Source: an uncultured Bifidobacterium sp.
GTDB lineage: Bacteria > Actinomycetota > Actinomycetes > Nanopelagicales > Nanopelagicaceae
Length of the DNA stretch: 64,000 bases
Assembly (NCBI GenBank): GCA_964418325.1
Contig: CAYQLC010000001.1
Span: 19,324 to 83,323 of the forward strand
Direction of reading: 5' to 3'
Shown piece after piece: positions 1-8,054 of this stretch. The notes beneath the pieces were generated by a model. That model had not been told where the DNA came from and did not search any database. It worked only from the letters and a program-made list of their open reading frames with translations. Position 1 is the stretch's first letter; each line of letters opens with the position of its first letter. A program made the position numbers and the translations under genes.

Positions 1-774
1 GCCTGAGGAGATGCTGTACTTCGGAATGCAACCGCTCTGCCACGGGCGGACTAGTTGCTTCCACGCTGCAATCGCTTCAGGAGCTCCGATCTTCGAAGTG
101 TTGGTGTTGCGATCATAGGTATATGCACCTACTGATCGAAGGAATGGGTTGTACTGAGCCTGCCAAATGGTCTTGCTTCCACCGCCAGGTCCTCCGGATG
201 AGCCCCATACCTGTGGCTTCTGCTTTGCACCCCACTTTGAGATCGCATCGCAAGTCTTGAGGTATTGGTCATATGTCCAACCATCCTTAGGAAGAGCAAC
301 TCCGGCCTTCTTGAAGAGTGTCTTGTTGTAGAAGACAACAATCGCATCTGCTGCGATTGGAAGACCATGTACTTGCTTCGGGAAGTTAATTGGAACATAG
401 GAACTTAAGAAGGCTTGGTTGAAGTCTTTGCGCTTCAATGCTCCAGCACCAGTTCCAAAATACTTAGTTAGATCTTCGGTGAATCCAACATCTGCCAATT
501 GATCGGCATAAGTATCAAGGTTGTTGATCAAGTCTGGTGCGTTACCGCTGAGAGCGGATGCTGCCAAGCTCTTGACAATATCGGGGATAGTCGCTGGAAG
601 AGTCTCGACCTTTACTTGGATATCTGGATTCTCTTTATTCCACTGCTCAATAACTGGCTTGAAGTTATTATCAATTCCAGCAAGCGCTGCAAAACGTAAC
701 TCAGTTACAGCATGGGCACTTTGGATGCCGAATGATGCAAGAGAGATCGTCAAAAGACTTGCTATAAAGCCCAC
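1..774 (-). CDS. ABC-transporter extracellular solute-binding protein (family 1, sugar type); C-terminus lies beyond window start, N-terminus ambiguous
   Basis: Absent from the ORF track because there is no stop inside the window. I checked the minus frame triplet by triplet and it is open from 804 to 1. Translation ..KKIRVGFIASLLTISLASFGIQSAHA VTELRFAALAGIDNNFKPVIEQWNKENPDIQVKVETLPATIPDIV..NAPDLINN..QVHGLPIAADAIVVFYNKTLFKKAGVALPKDGWTYDQY shows a signal peptide plus a sugar SBP pattern. The only canonical in-frame start is GTG 774-772. The SD-preceded ATG at 808 is out of frame by one base (see finding). Confidence 0.8.
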   Translation of the reverse strand, partial: MGFIASLLTISLASFGIQSAHAVTELRFAALAGIDNNFKPVIEQWNKENPDIQVKVETLPATIPDIVKSLAASALSGNAPDLINNLDTYADQLADVGFTEDLTKYFGTGAGALKRKDFNQAFLSSYVPINFPKQVHGLPIAADAIVVFYNKTLFKKAGVALPKDGWTYDQYLKTCDAISKWGAKQKPQVWGSSGGPGGGSKTIWQAQYNPFLRSVGAYTYDRNTNTSKIGAPEAIAAWKQLVRPWQSGCIPKYSISSG

Positions 775-779
775 GCGAA

Positions 780-787
780 TTTTTTTG
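780..787. repeat. T8 homopolymer (A8 on the coding strand) at the 5' end of the SBP gene
   Basis: Direct read: ..cgcgaat tttttttgcg.. gives 8 consecutive T. The tract separates the ATG-808 frame from the long SBP frame. Confidence 0.95.
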
Positions 788-921
788 CGTGAAGTGAAGC
801 CTCTCATCAATTTCCTCTTTTCTTAGGTCTCGTATTCATGAAATGTCATACGTCACGAACCTTGACGACAGGTTAATCACAAGAGAAATATCAGGGCAAG
901 GAATTCTCGTAGACCTAATTC

Positions 922-951
922 GTTACCTTTTCGGCTATCTGAAAAGGTAAC
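922..951 (-). terminator. Hairpin about 20 nt downstream of the rhaM-like stop; also part of overlapping GTTACC/GGTAAC palindromes upstream of the SBP gene
   Basis: gttaccttttc-ggctatct-gaaaaggtaac forms a perfect 11-bp stem with an 8-nt loop. There is no clear U-tract on the minus strand, so the terminator call is tentative. A second palindrome aggtaac-aaatc-gttacct lies at 945-963. Confidence 0.4.
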
Positions 952-970
952 AAATCGTTACCTGGGCCTA

Positions 971-1315
971 TTAGTCGAGGCGGAAGACCAACTCTTCGCA
1001 AGGGTGCATTCGAAGTGGGTCAGTGGGGGGCCCTTCCGGTGGCCAAATAAAGGCATCTTTCATCTTGTCCCCTATTTCAGCGGCATATCGTTCGTAAACG
1101 TCCTTCCGCGCGAACATGATGCGGCGCGATTCGTCCCAGTCCTCAGATTCTACGTAACCAATTACCAGTCCATCTGGCATTAGCCAGATTGAATAATTCT
1201 TCCAACCGGCATCGCTGAGAGCTTGCCGGTAATAATCTGGAATCGCAGCGTGTGTTTCTCGATAATCATTAATGCGATCAGGCTTAACTCGCAGCGTCCA
1301 ACAGATTCTATCCAC
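971..1315 (-). CDS. rhaM: L-rhamnose mutarotase family protein (RhaM-like)
   Basis: DRICWTLRVKPDRINDYRETHAAIPDYYRQALSDAGWKNYSIWLMPDGLVIGYVESED parallels E. coli RhaM as I recall it ([52 protein letters not shown]). I set the start at GTG 1315 (GGAG 6 nt upstream, giving about 114 aa as in the family) rather than the longest-ORF start at 1390. Confidence 0.6.
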   Translation of the reverse strand: MDRICWTLRVKPDRINDYRETHAAIPDYYRQALSDAGWKNYSIWLMPDGLVIGYVESEDWDESRRIMFARKDVYERYAAEIGDKMKDAFIWPPEGPPTDPLRMHPCEELVFRLD

Positions 1316-1416
1316 GCGTGACTCCCATACTCTGCTTACTCTTCTGAATTCACCATACCAAAGATAATGGCCCGCGTTAAGGCGAGCCATTATCTTTATC
1401 TACCTACTGTTCGCTA

Positions 1417-4400
1417 TTACGGAAGCGGTCCCTCTACTCCGTTGTTCCAACGGTCGTACTCCCCAGCGAGCGCTAGATAGCTACTGCGGTTCTGAGTTGC
1501 CAGAACCGTGTTAACGCGAGTGATGAGGGCATTGACGGTGACCGCTGCAGGGAAGTCAGCGCCGTAATAAGCCTCATTCAAAAGCGCTGCCACTGATGCA
1601 CGGAGCAAAATTTGTGCTGCACCAGTAATGCCAGCTCCTCCCTTGTAGCTAAGTCCAGCCAGCAATGTGTCTTTGACGTTATTTCTATCAAGATCCAAGA
1701 TGCCGCCACTGAGTAAAGAACTAGGCACGCTAAACACATCTTGGATATTCATCGTTGGCGTGTAGCCACTATTCCAATCTTCAGGATGGTTTTTCCAGTA
1801 ACCGGGGCTTCTACCAAACCAATAACTCTTTAGTGTGGCAGTTGCAGTGGCAGTCACTTGATTATTCTCATTATCTTTTGCAATAGCGGTAGCGGTATTG
1901 ACAAACGACACTCCTGGGCCAATCACCATATAGATGTTAGTAACGCATTGGATACTTCCACCAGCTGGGATTGACTGGCCCACTAATGCCAGGCATGTAG
2001 GTGAGAGCGCTATCTTGGGATCAGTAAGTGAAGTTACTTGCACCATCTCTAAACCAGGATTTGAGATTGTGAAAGTGTAATTTACAAAATCACCTGTTGA
2101 TCGAATAAATATCGGATCTACCGTCTTTGTTAGAGAAAGTTGTGGTAGAACATCAGTGAAAGTTACTCGGAACGAATCAGAATCACTCGCACGATTTCCT
2201 TCATTATCTGCCCCTGCCACTGTCACTGTGTTGTCAAATGGATTAAGCGTCCAGTCGCCAAGGAATGTGGTGTAAACGCAGGAGTAAGTGCCTAGGCCAA
2301 TAATGGTCTGGGGTGCTAGACAGGTACCTTTGCCATTGAGATCTCCGAATTTGTCATCCAGAATCGATGATAAGTAGAAAGGCTCCAAGGAATCATTCCT
2401 CACCACAAATGTAAAGGTGACATTCCCACCAGATTCCGGCATAACACTTGGTGATGCTGTCTTCGTCACTGTCACTGAAGGAAGTACATCAACAAATGTC
2501 ACCGTTGCGTCATCGCTGCCCGAGCCTGGATTACCCTCTGGGTCGCGACCAGTGGCAGTCAACAGATTGACATGTGTAACGAGGTCGTCTGAAGCTAGCG
2601 TTTTGATTAGTGTGCAGTTATAAGTCGCTCCAGCCGCAATTGTCTGAGGTACAGCGCATGTCCCTGAACCATTTAAATTCCCATACATGTCATCCACAAG
2701 CGAAGTGAGTGTAAAGGCCTCTGGTGCTTTGTTTTTGATTGAGAATGTAAATGTGACTAGTCCACCTGTCTCAGCAACTGAAGTCGGTGAAGCCGACTTT
2801 GTCACTTCAATATTTGGCAAGAAGTCAACCGTTACATCAGCCGAATCACTATCAGTGACTTGAGTCGCTCCATAGAGCCCTACCACTGATGCCACATTTG
2901 TAAGATTGGCGGTTATCACAGGAGATGAGCAGGTGTAAATCTGTTGTGCACCGGCAGCTAATCCTCCGATTGTTTTATCGCAATCACTAGAGAGCGGATC
3001 TGAAACAACTACGCCTGTCAGAGGAACATTTCCTGTATTACTTACCGTTATAGAGAAAATTGCCTGCTGCCCTTCAATAACTGTTTGGGTTTCCGGACTC
3101 TTTTGGATGCTTACTCTCGGGTCAGCGCCAAAATAGCTGCTAACGTCAATAGCGCTAACTTGAATGGAATTCCAGGTGCCATAGGCAGTACCGGTATTCG
3201 CATAGTTTCCCGCAACTGCACTTCCAGTTCCTGAGCAAGTCATCGATTCAGTAATAGCAAGAGTAGTTTTCGGGCAAACAACTGTGACTCCTTGGTTGTC
3301 TACGACATAAACATTTGAGAGCGCACGATCACCTGTATTGGTAACTTGATAGCTCCAAGTTATAGCTGTTCCCACAAGTAGCGTCGCACCGTCCGTACCG
3401 TTGGTTGTTTTAGCGACGGTGATTGCTGGATTCGGGGCATCAATAGAGATGCTCGCAGTGTCGCTAGCAGAAACCTGCGTACCGGCATTCGATTGGTCAA
3501 ATCCCGAAACCGTGGCGGTATTCACAACGGTGACATCTTGAGTAGCTGCGAATGAGGTGATGTAAGAGCCACTTGCTGAGGCTCCAATGGCTAGATCGTC
3601 TACCTGGCCATCAGTATCAATATCGGTTAAGCCCGAGGCTAAAGCCACCTCAAAGCCAGGGTAATCCCCATTGTCATCAGCGATAGTCGATATGTTGAAA
3701 AGCGGCGCACCAATCGCGCCACCTTGATCACTGTTATTCGTGACAACATAGCAATACTTCACCGATTCATCACTCTCGACAGCGATGTTCTCTTGTCCTG
3801 GGCATGAACCTGTAGATGTGGTAACTGTTTTTGATAGCGCAATCGAAGGCACAACGAGCGCCTCTACATTCTTAAGCGAGACCGTTTCATTGCCGCCATT
3901 AATAGGTGTTGATGAACCACCTGGTGCCAGCGCTAATGTTGCCAAAGCGCCCTCAAGAAATTTCACCTGAAGATTACCTGTGGGTCGAGCTCCAGTTTGG
4001 CAGTGAATCTTCACATTAAATCGGAAAACAACGACTTCACCTGCCTCAACCCCAGTTAAGCGAAAAGTCTTGAGTAGGAGAGCTCCCTTAGTAAACATCG
4101 CCCCCACTTCTGTCGAATTGATTGTCGAAGTGGTGCTATTACCGTTCTCGACATTTGCAGGATCGCTGATGTTTATTCCTACGCTTACTGGGTCACCTAA
4201 CGCAACACCTGATTGACCTGTAGTGTCCATCGTTATCGAAAAATTCATATCCAGCGTCATAAGTCCTAAACTACGGAGCGCCTCAGTGTCTGGAGCTGCA
4301 ACACGCATTAGGTAACTCACTACCTCGTTACAACGGAAGTCTTCACCTTCCAATGTTTCACGGATATCGATATTTCGTCGCCCAGAGTTCCACTGCCCAC

Positions 4401-4557
4401 CCCCGATTGAATGGTCGTAGGTATCAGGATCGGCTGCAGCAAAAGCGAGCGAGATTCCACTCCCTTGAGCGCTAGCGCCACTTATCAAGGCGGTACTTGA
4501 CAGTAGCAAAGAGATAACCACCAACAAACGAATTAATTGATTGAATCTATTTTTCAT
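1417..4557 (-). CDS. Large secreted repeat protein (1046 aa): signal peptide, tandem DUF11-like (conserved repeat domain) Ig-fold modules, distinct C-terminal domain of about 170 aa
   Basis: Signal peptide MKNRFNQLIRLLVVISLLLSSTALISGASAQG; SD GGAGGG 8 nt before ATG 4557. Tandem modules of about 105 aa: ..VTKSASPTSVAETGGLVTFTFSIKNKAPEAFTLTSLVDDMYGNLNGSGTCAVPQTIAAGATYNC.. / ..VTKTASPSVMPESGGNVTFTFVVRNDSLEPFYLSSILDDKFGDLNGKGTCLAPQTIIGLGTYSC.. / ..LTKTVDPIFIRSTGDFVNYTFTISNPGLEMVQVTSLTDP.., with more divergent copies upstream. No LPXTG motif and no C-terminal TM segment. Confidence 0.8.
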   Translation of the reverse strand: MKNRFNQLIRLLVVISLLLSSTALISGASAQGSGISLAFAAADPDTYDHSIGGGQWNSGRRNIDIRETLEGEDFRCNEVVSYLMRVAAPDTEALRSLGLMTLDMNFSITMDTTGQSGVALGDPVSVGINISDPANVENGNSTTSTINSTEVGAMFTKGALLLKTFRLTGVEAGEVVVFRFNVKIHCQTGARPTGNLQVKFLEGALATLALAPGGSSTPINGGNETVSLKNVEALVVPSIALSKTVTTSTGSCPGQENIAVESDESVKYCYVVTNNSDQGGAIGAPLFNISTIADDNGDYPGFEVALASGLTDIDTDGQVDDLAIGASASGSYITSFAATQDVTVVNTATVSGFDQSNAGTQVSASDTASISIDAPNPAITVAKTTNGTDGATLLVGTAITWSYQVTNTGDRALSNVYVVDNQGVTVVCPKTTLAITESMTCSGTGSAVAGNYANTGTAYGTWNSIQVSAIDVSSYFGADPRVSIQKSPETQTVIEGQQAIFSITVSNTGNVPLTGVVVSDPLSSDCDKTIGGLAAGAQQIYTCSSPVITANLTNVASVVGLYGATQVTDSDSADVTVDFLPNIEVTKSASPTSVAETGGLVTFTFSIKNKAPEAFTLTSLVDDMYGNLNGSGTCAVPQTIAAGATYNCTLIKTLASDDLVTHVNLLTATGRDPEGNPGSGSDDATVTFVDVLPSVTVTKTASPSVMPESGGNVTFTFVVRNDSLEPFYLSSILDDKFGDLNGKGTCLAPQTIIGLGTYSCVYTTFLGDWTLNPFDNTVTVAGADNEGNRASDSDSFRVTFTDVLPQLSLTKTVDPIFIRSTGDFVNYTFTISNPGLEMVQVTSLTDPKIALSPTCLALVGQSIPAGGSIQCVTNIYMVIGPGVSFVNTATAIAKDNENNQVTATATATLKSYWFGRSPGYWKNHPEDWNSGYTPTMNIQDVFSVPSSLLSGGILDLDRNNVKDTLLAGLSYKGGAGITGAAQILLRASVAALLNEAYYGADFPAAVTVNALITRVNTVLATQNRSSYLALAGEYDRWNNGVEGPLP

Positions 4558-4727
4558 TAAATAACCCTCCTCAGGTTGTGCTTAAGTATTCACATTCAAT
4601 CTCTGCGTTTACCGCGTTGATTACTCCCAGTTGACTCTCATCACTGTTGGTGGAAAGAAATTCTCGAGAGTTACCCACGAGGCGGACTTGAACAGTCCGT
4701 GACCTTCATTTCTTAGTTTCATTTCCT

Positions 4728-5696
4728 ATGAAAACCTTAAAAATATTGTTCGTAGTCATTTCATTACTCGGATTAAATCCCTTAACAGCAGAAGCAAAGA
4801 CAACTGCCTCAGGTGGGCCTTATGAAAATCTTGCTCTTACTGGACAGGTGGTCAATCTCAAATTATCGGGATACCCCTTAGGCGCAGGTTTCTACATAAT
4901 TCAATGTAAAGGCGTAAATAGCGATGCTCGACCACAAGTGTGTAACAACACTTCTCAGCTTTGGATTTCCAATAGCTTGGGTGCTGATTACCTACCTACA
5001 GCCGATATTCAATTCAAGCCTACGGCTACCTTTATCTATGGCACACAAACAATAAATTGCGTAAATACTGCATGTGGCATTTTTATCCGGCTCGATCACA
5101 AATCGTCAGCTGATCGAAGTGAGGATCAATTTATACCCATAAAATTCGTTGGTAGTACTCTTCCTAATCCCAACGCCGATGTAATTCGTGCTTTCGTCAA
5201 TGGCCGGCAGTTATCAACAATCAACCCGATGAGTGTCCGTAATCAAACTATTTTCAAAATAGATGCGACTTCGCGCTCAGGATCAACGCTGACGTATAGC
5301 ACTGTTTCAACAACATGTTCCCTAACAGGAAACCAAGTAACTATTTTGCAAGGATCGGGATACTGCGAGATTGATATTTCTTCACCTGGTAATTCTCAAT
5401 ACTCTGCGATTACAAATCACTATCTCTTTAAATTGATGCCTGGTATAGCAAACCTATCAATTCCTACAAGAGTCTCTCCTGGCACCTCTCTGGTTTTGCC
5501 TGTGAATACATCATTTGGAGCGAAGATTTCCTATGAAGTGTCCAACACGAAAAATTGCACACTTTCTCAAAGTCAGAATAGTTTCGTCGTCAATTTTACC
5601 AAGGTTGGAGCGTGCACACTTAAAGCAACAGCCCCTGGAGTGACCGATACTTATGCACCCTTGAAGCAGAGTATTAGCTTCAAAATTCGGAGATAG
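4728..5696 (+). CDS. Secreted protein: N-terminal neocarzinostatin-family-like domain plus two Cys-pair Ig-like modules
   Basis: Signal peptide MKTLKILFVVISLLGLNPLTAEA. GQVVNLKLSGYPLGAGFYIIQCKGV..PQVCN..TATFIYGTQTINCVNTACGIFIRLD matches the apo-neocarzinostatin pattern as I recall it (GTVVKVAGAGLQAGTAYDVGQCAWVDTGVLACN..GTVDCTTAACQVGLSD). The C-terminal half has the modules ..TLTYSTVSTTCSLTGNQVTILQGSGYCEIDISSPGNSQY.. and ..ISYEVSNTKNCTLS..VGACTLKATAPG.. Confidence 0.6.
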   Translation: MKTLKILFVVISLLGLNPLTAEAKTTASGGPYENLALTGQVVNLKLSGYPLGAGFYIIQCKGVNSDARPQVCNNTSQLWISNSLGADYLPTADIQFKPTATFIYGTQTINCVNTACGIFIRLDHKSSADRSEDQFIPIKFVGSTLPNPNADVIRAFVNGRQLSTINPMSVRNQTIFKIDATSRSGSTLTYSTVSTTCSLTGNQVTILQGSGYCEIDISSPGNSQYSAITNHYLFKLMPGIANLSIPTRVSPGTSLVLPVNTSFGAKISYEVSNTKNCTLSQSQNSFVVNFTKVGACTLKATAPGVTDTYAPLKQSISFKIRR

Positions 5697-5699
5697 TCG

Positions 5700-7097
5700 A
5701 TGATTTTCGGTGTCATCTCGCTATTGGTTTCAGCCGTAATTCTCGTTTTTGCAGTCATAGGAATCAGAGCGACTGTAAGCAAGCATCCCGATCTTCACGG
5801 GATGCTTGTTATCCGGGACTTCTTTAAGTATTTAGCGTTATTCATAGCTGTATTAATCACTTGCTTCGGACTCTCTGGAATTCTCACTGCAGCCCTTAAT
5901 TATCAGCAGGATCTCTTCGTCTCTAAGCTTGATCTTGCGCGGTGGTTGTCGTTTGCTGTGATTGGAATACCTCTTATAACACTTATTTCAAGATGGATAA
6001 ACCGAGATTTCATATTGAGTGCTCAGGCAAGGGAGTCACCGGTCTGGCATACCTATCTCCTGCTCGCTACGGGCTCTTCACTCATGCTCTGGTTTTTACC
6101 TCTGCAAAATTCACTCCGAACATTTGCTGGAGCGCCATACTCCCCCCGCGCTATTTCATCAACCCTCATCGCTTTTTTCGTTTGGGTTATCCATATCAAT
6201 CTACTGCGAAGTTATAATTCTATAATTGTCAAAGTACAATTCTTTTTTGGTTCATTTATCGGATTTTCCGGTGTAGCTCTCTCTTTGATTTCTTTTATGG
6301 ATTCAGGCATCTCAACGATTATCAATCTTGATATAGGAAAATATCAAATCGCTGAAGCAATTATTCTTCTCATCACATCGCTTCCTTTGGCTTTATTCTA
6401 TTTTGGAGAATCGGCGAGTCGAGCTAGTTCGCTTGAGTTAAGAGTATTTTCCACCTTTGCAGGTTTGGTGGTGACAATTCTTTTCGTTTCAGTGGCTGCC
6501 ACTATTTCTTTAGACACAGTTTTGACTTGGTACTTTGGTGATACCGAGCAAGATTATGAGCGATTCTTCAATGATTTCCCTGGAGCGGTTGGAGCAGTAA
6601 TCGTACTAACAGCCTTTCACTTTATCTTCCGATCGTTAACTGAAGGATTTGAGCGTGACCAACTCGTTCGCATCTACCAGTACCTAGTCTCAGGTGGCAC
6701 GCTTATTGCAGGTAGTGTTGGACTTGGCGCGGTGGTTGTTGGATTTCTTGCCAACGAGAATCGAGTCAATACGATGTTGATGGGCGTTAGCTTGATGGTC
6801 ATAACCCTCACAAATTGGTTTTATCACTGGAGGCTCTGCCTAGGTGCTCTCAAATCTGATCGCATCGGGGAGTCACAATCCCCGGTGCGTCGTGGCTACA
6901 TATATTTTTTCATAGGCGCACCCATGATTTTTGCTATCGGGTCACTGGTATGGCTGCTGTACAACGCCTTCAAGGCCCTACTGATAGGCAACCAAGCCCT
7001 ATGGCAGAGTAGGTTTCCGATTGCCGGCCTGGTAATTCCTTTACTTATGGCCGGTTATCACTTTTGGTCATTGAAACGCGAACGTGCACTCCTATGA
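5700..7097 (+). CDS. Polytopic integral membrane protein (465 aa), unknown family, internally repetitive
   Basis: ATG lies 3 nt after the upstream TAG (..TAG tcg ATG), with GGAG 7 nt upstream. About 12 hydrophobic segments. Recurrent motif before the TM hairpins: IRDFFKYLALF.., VWHTYLLLATG.., VRIYQYLVSGG.., VRRGYIYFFIGA.. Confidence 0.7.
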   Translation: MIFGVISLLVSAVILVFAVIGIRATVSKHPDLHGMLVIRDFFKYLALFIAVLITCFGLSGILTAALNYQQDLFVSKLDLARWLSFAVIGIPLITLISRWINRDFILSAQARESPVWHTYLLLATGSSLMLWFLPLQNSLRTFAGAPYSPRAISSTLIAFFVWVIHINLLRSYNSIIVKVQFFFGSFIGFSGVALSLISFMDSGISTIINLDIGKYQIAEAIILLITSLPLALFYFGESASRASSLELRVFSTFAGLVVTILFVSVAATISLDTVLTWYFGDTEQDYERFFNDFPGAVGAVIVLTAFHFIFRSLTEGFERDQLVRIYQYLVSGGTLIAGSVGLGAVVVGFLANENRVNTMLMGVSLMVITLTNWFYHWRLCLGALKSDRIGESQSPVRRGYIYFFIGAPMIFAIGSLVWLLYNAFKALLIGNQALWQSRFPIAGLVIPLLMAGYHFWSLKRERALL

Positions 7098-7853
7098 AAC
7101 CGCAGCTTCACGCTTTAGCTCATTGAATATCAGTGCCGCTTCTTTTCGACCGTCACAGCGAAGTTTCTCATAGATACGAATGGATTCTTGGCGAATAGTT
7201 GACTCCGAAAAACCAAGTATTTGCGAGATTGCAAGGTTGGTTTTTCCCTCTGCCATAAGCTGCAGAATCTGCGACTGACGTTCGGTTAGTTGCCGGCCTT
7301 CAAAAACTAGTCGGGCTGAATTGAGCAAATGTCGATCCTGCTGAATCTCTCGCGCTCCATTTTTTGACTTGTTGAAAAACACCGAGAAGATGCTGTTGAC
7401 TGCTTTTAGATAAGCTTGTACCTCAGAAGTGCGCTCTACTTCTGATGTACAGAAAATGCTTAACGTCGCTATCGGCGAATGATTTCTTTCGACTGGCCAG
7501 GCTATGAAACTTTGAATTTCTTTCAAAAGATCATCGAAATTATTGATCTCCGCAGGATTATTCCACGTGGGAACCTCATCGACCCATATCAGTGAACGAG
7601 TTTTTACTGCCTTAGCTACTGGATTATTATCATTTAAGGGAATCTCTTCAGGATATAAATCAAAAATATTCTTTCTCAATCCAAATCTGCCAATTAGTTC
7701 CGCAGTACCTACGATGTTAATCGCTGACAAAAATGTACCTACGCACCCCAATGGAGCGAATGTGAAGAGTGTGAGATATTTCAAGGTGTCATCAAGGTCA
7801 TGATCATTCACCCCTAGGTAATCGCTTAAATCTTCGACTAATTCAAGAAACAC
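7092..7853 (-). CDS. LuxR/GerE-family transcriptional regulator with an unrecognised N-terminal domain of about 185 aa
   Basis: The C-terminal sequence LTERQSQILQLMAEGKTNLAISQILGFSESTIRQESIRIYEKLRCDGRKEAA is a LuxR-type HTH. GTG start at 7853 with GGAGAG 5 nt upstream. 6-nt convergent overlap with the membrane protein gene. Confidence 0.75.
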   Translation of the reverse strand: MFLELVEDLSDYLGVNDHDLDDTLKYLTLFTFAPLGCVGTFLSAINIVGTAELIGRFGLRKNIFDLYPEEIPLNDNNPVAKAVKTRSLIWVDEVPTWNNPAEINNFDDLLKEIQSFIAWPVERNHSPIATLSIFCTSEVERTSEVQAYLKAVNSIFSVFFNKSKNGAREIQQDRHLLNSARLVFEGRQLTERQSQILQLMAEGKTNLAISQILGFSESTIRQESIRIYEKLRCDGRKEAALIFNELKREAAVS

Positions 7854-7909
7854 AACAACTCTCCATTCGTTTTTCGTAAATTCATCATAAGGATTTTTTT
7901 CTCACTAAA

Positions 7910-7933
7910 AAGTCAATGACTAGTCATTGACTT
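7910..7933. promoter_or_regulatory. 24-bp perfect palindrome (candidate operator) in the divergent LuxR / Ig-like-protein intergenic region
   Basis: aagtcaatgact|agtcattgactt: each half is the exact reverse complement of the other. The half-site core agtcattg recurs at 7957-7964 inside ttgtc-N13-gacaa (7952-7974). Confidence 0.5.
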
Positions 7934-8054
7934 GTCTTTGATGAACATTCTTTGTCCAGTCATTGCACAGACAATCTCTTTAATAATTCGATGATGAATG
8001 AAAGATTGTCCAAATCACTGGACACGAAAAGAGATGATGATTGTGATAATTTCA

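Noticed and set aside
2417-3970. Short plus-strand ORFs (2417-2623, 3785-3970) inside the DUF11-repeat gene
   Set aside because: They are antisense to a 1046-aa ORF with clear repeat and domain structure. The translations are low-complexity, so these are shadow ORFs.
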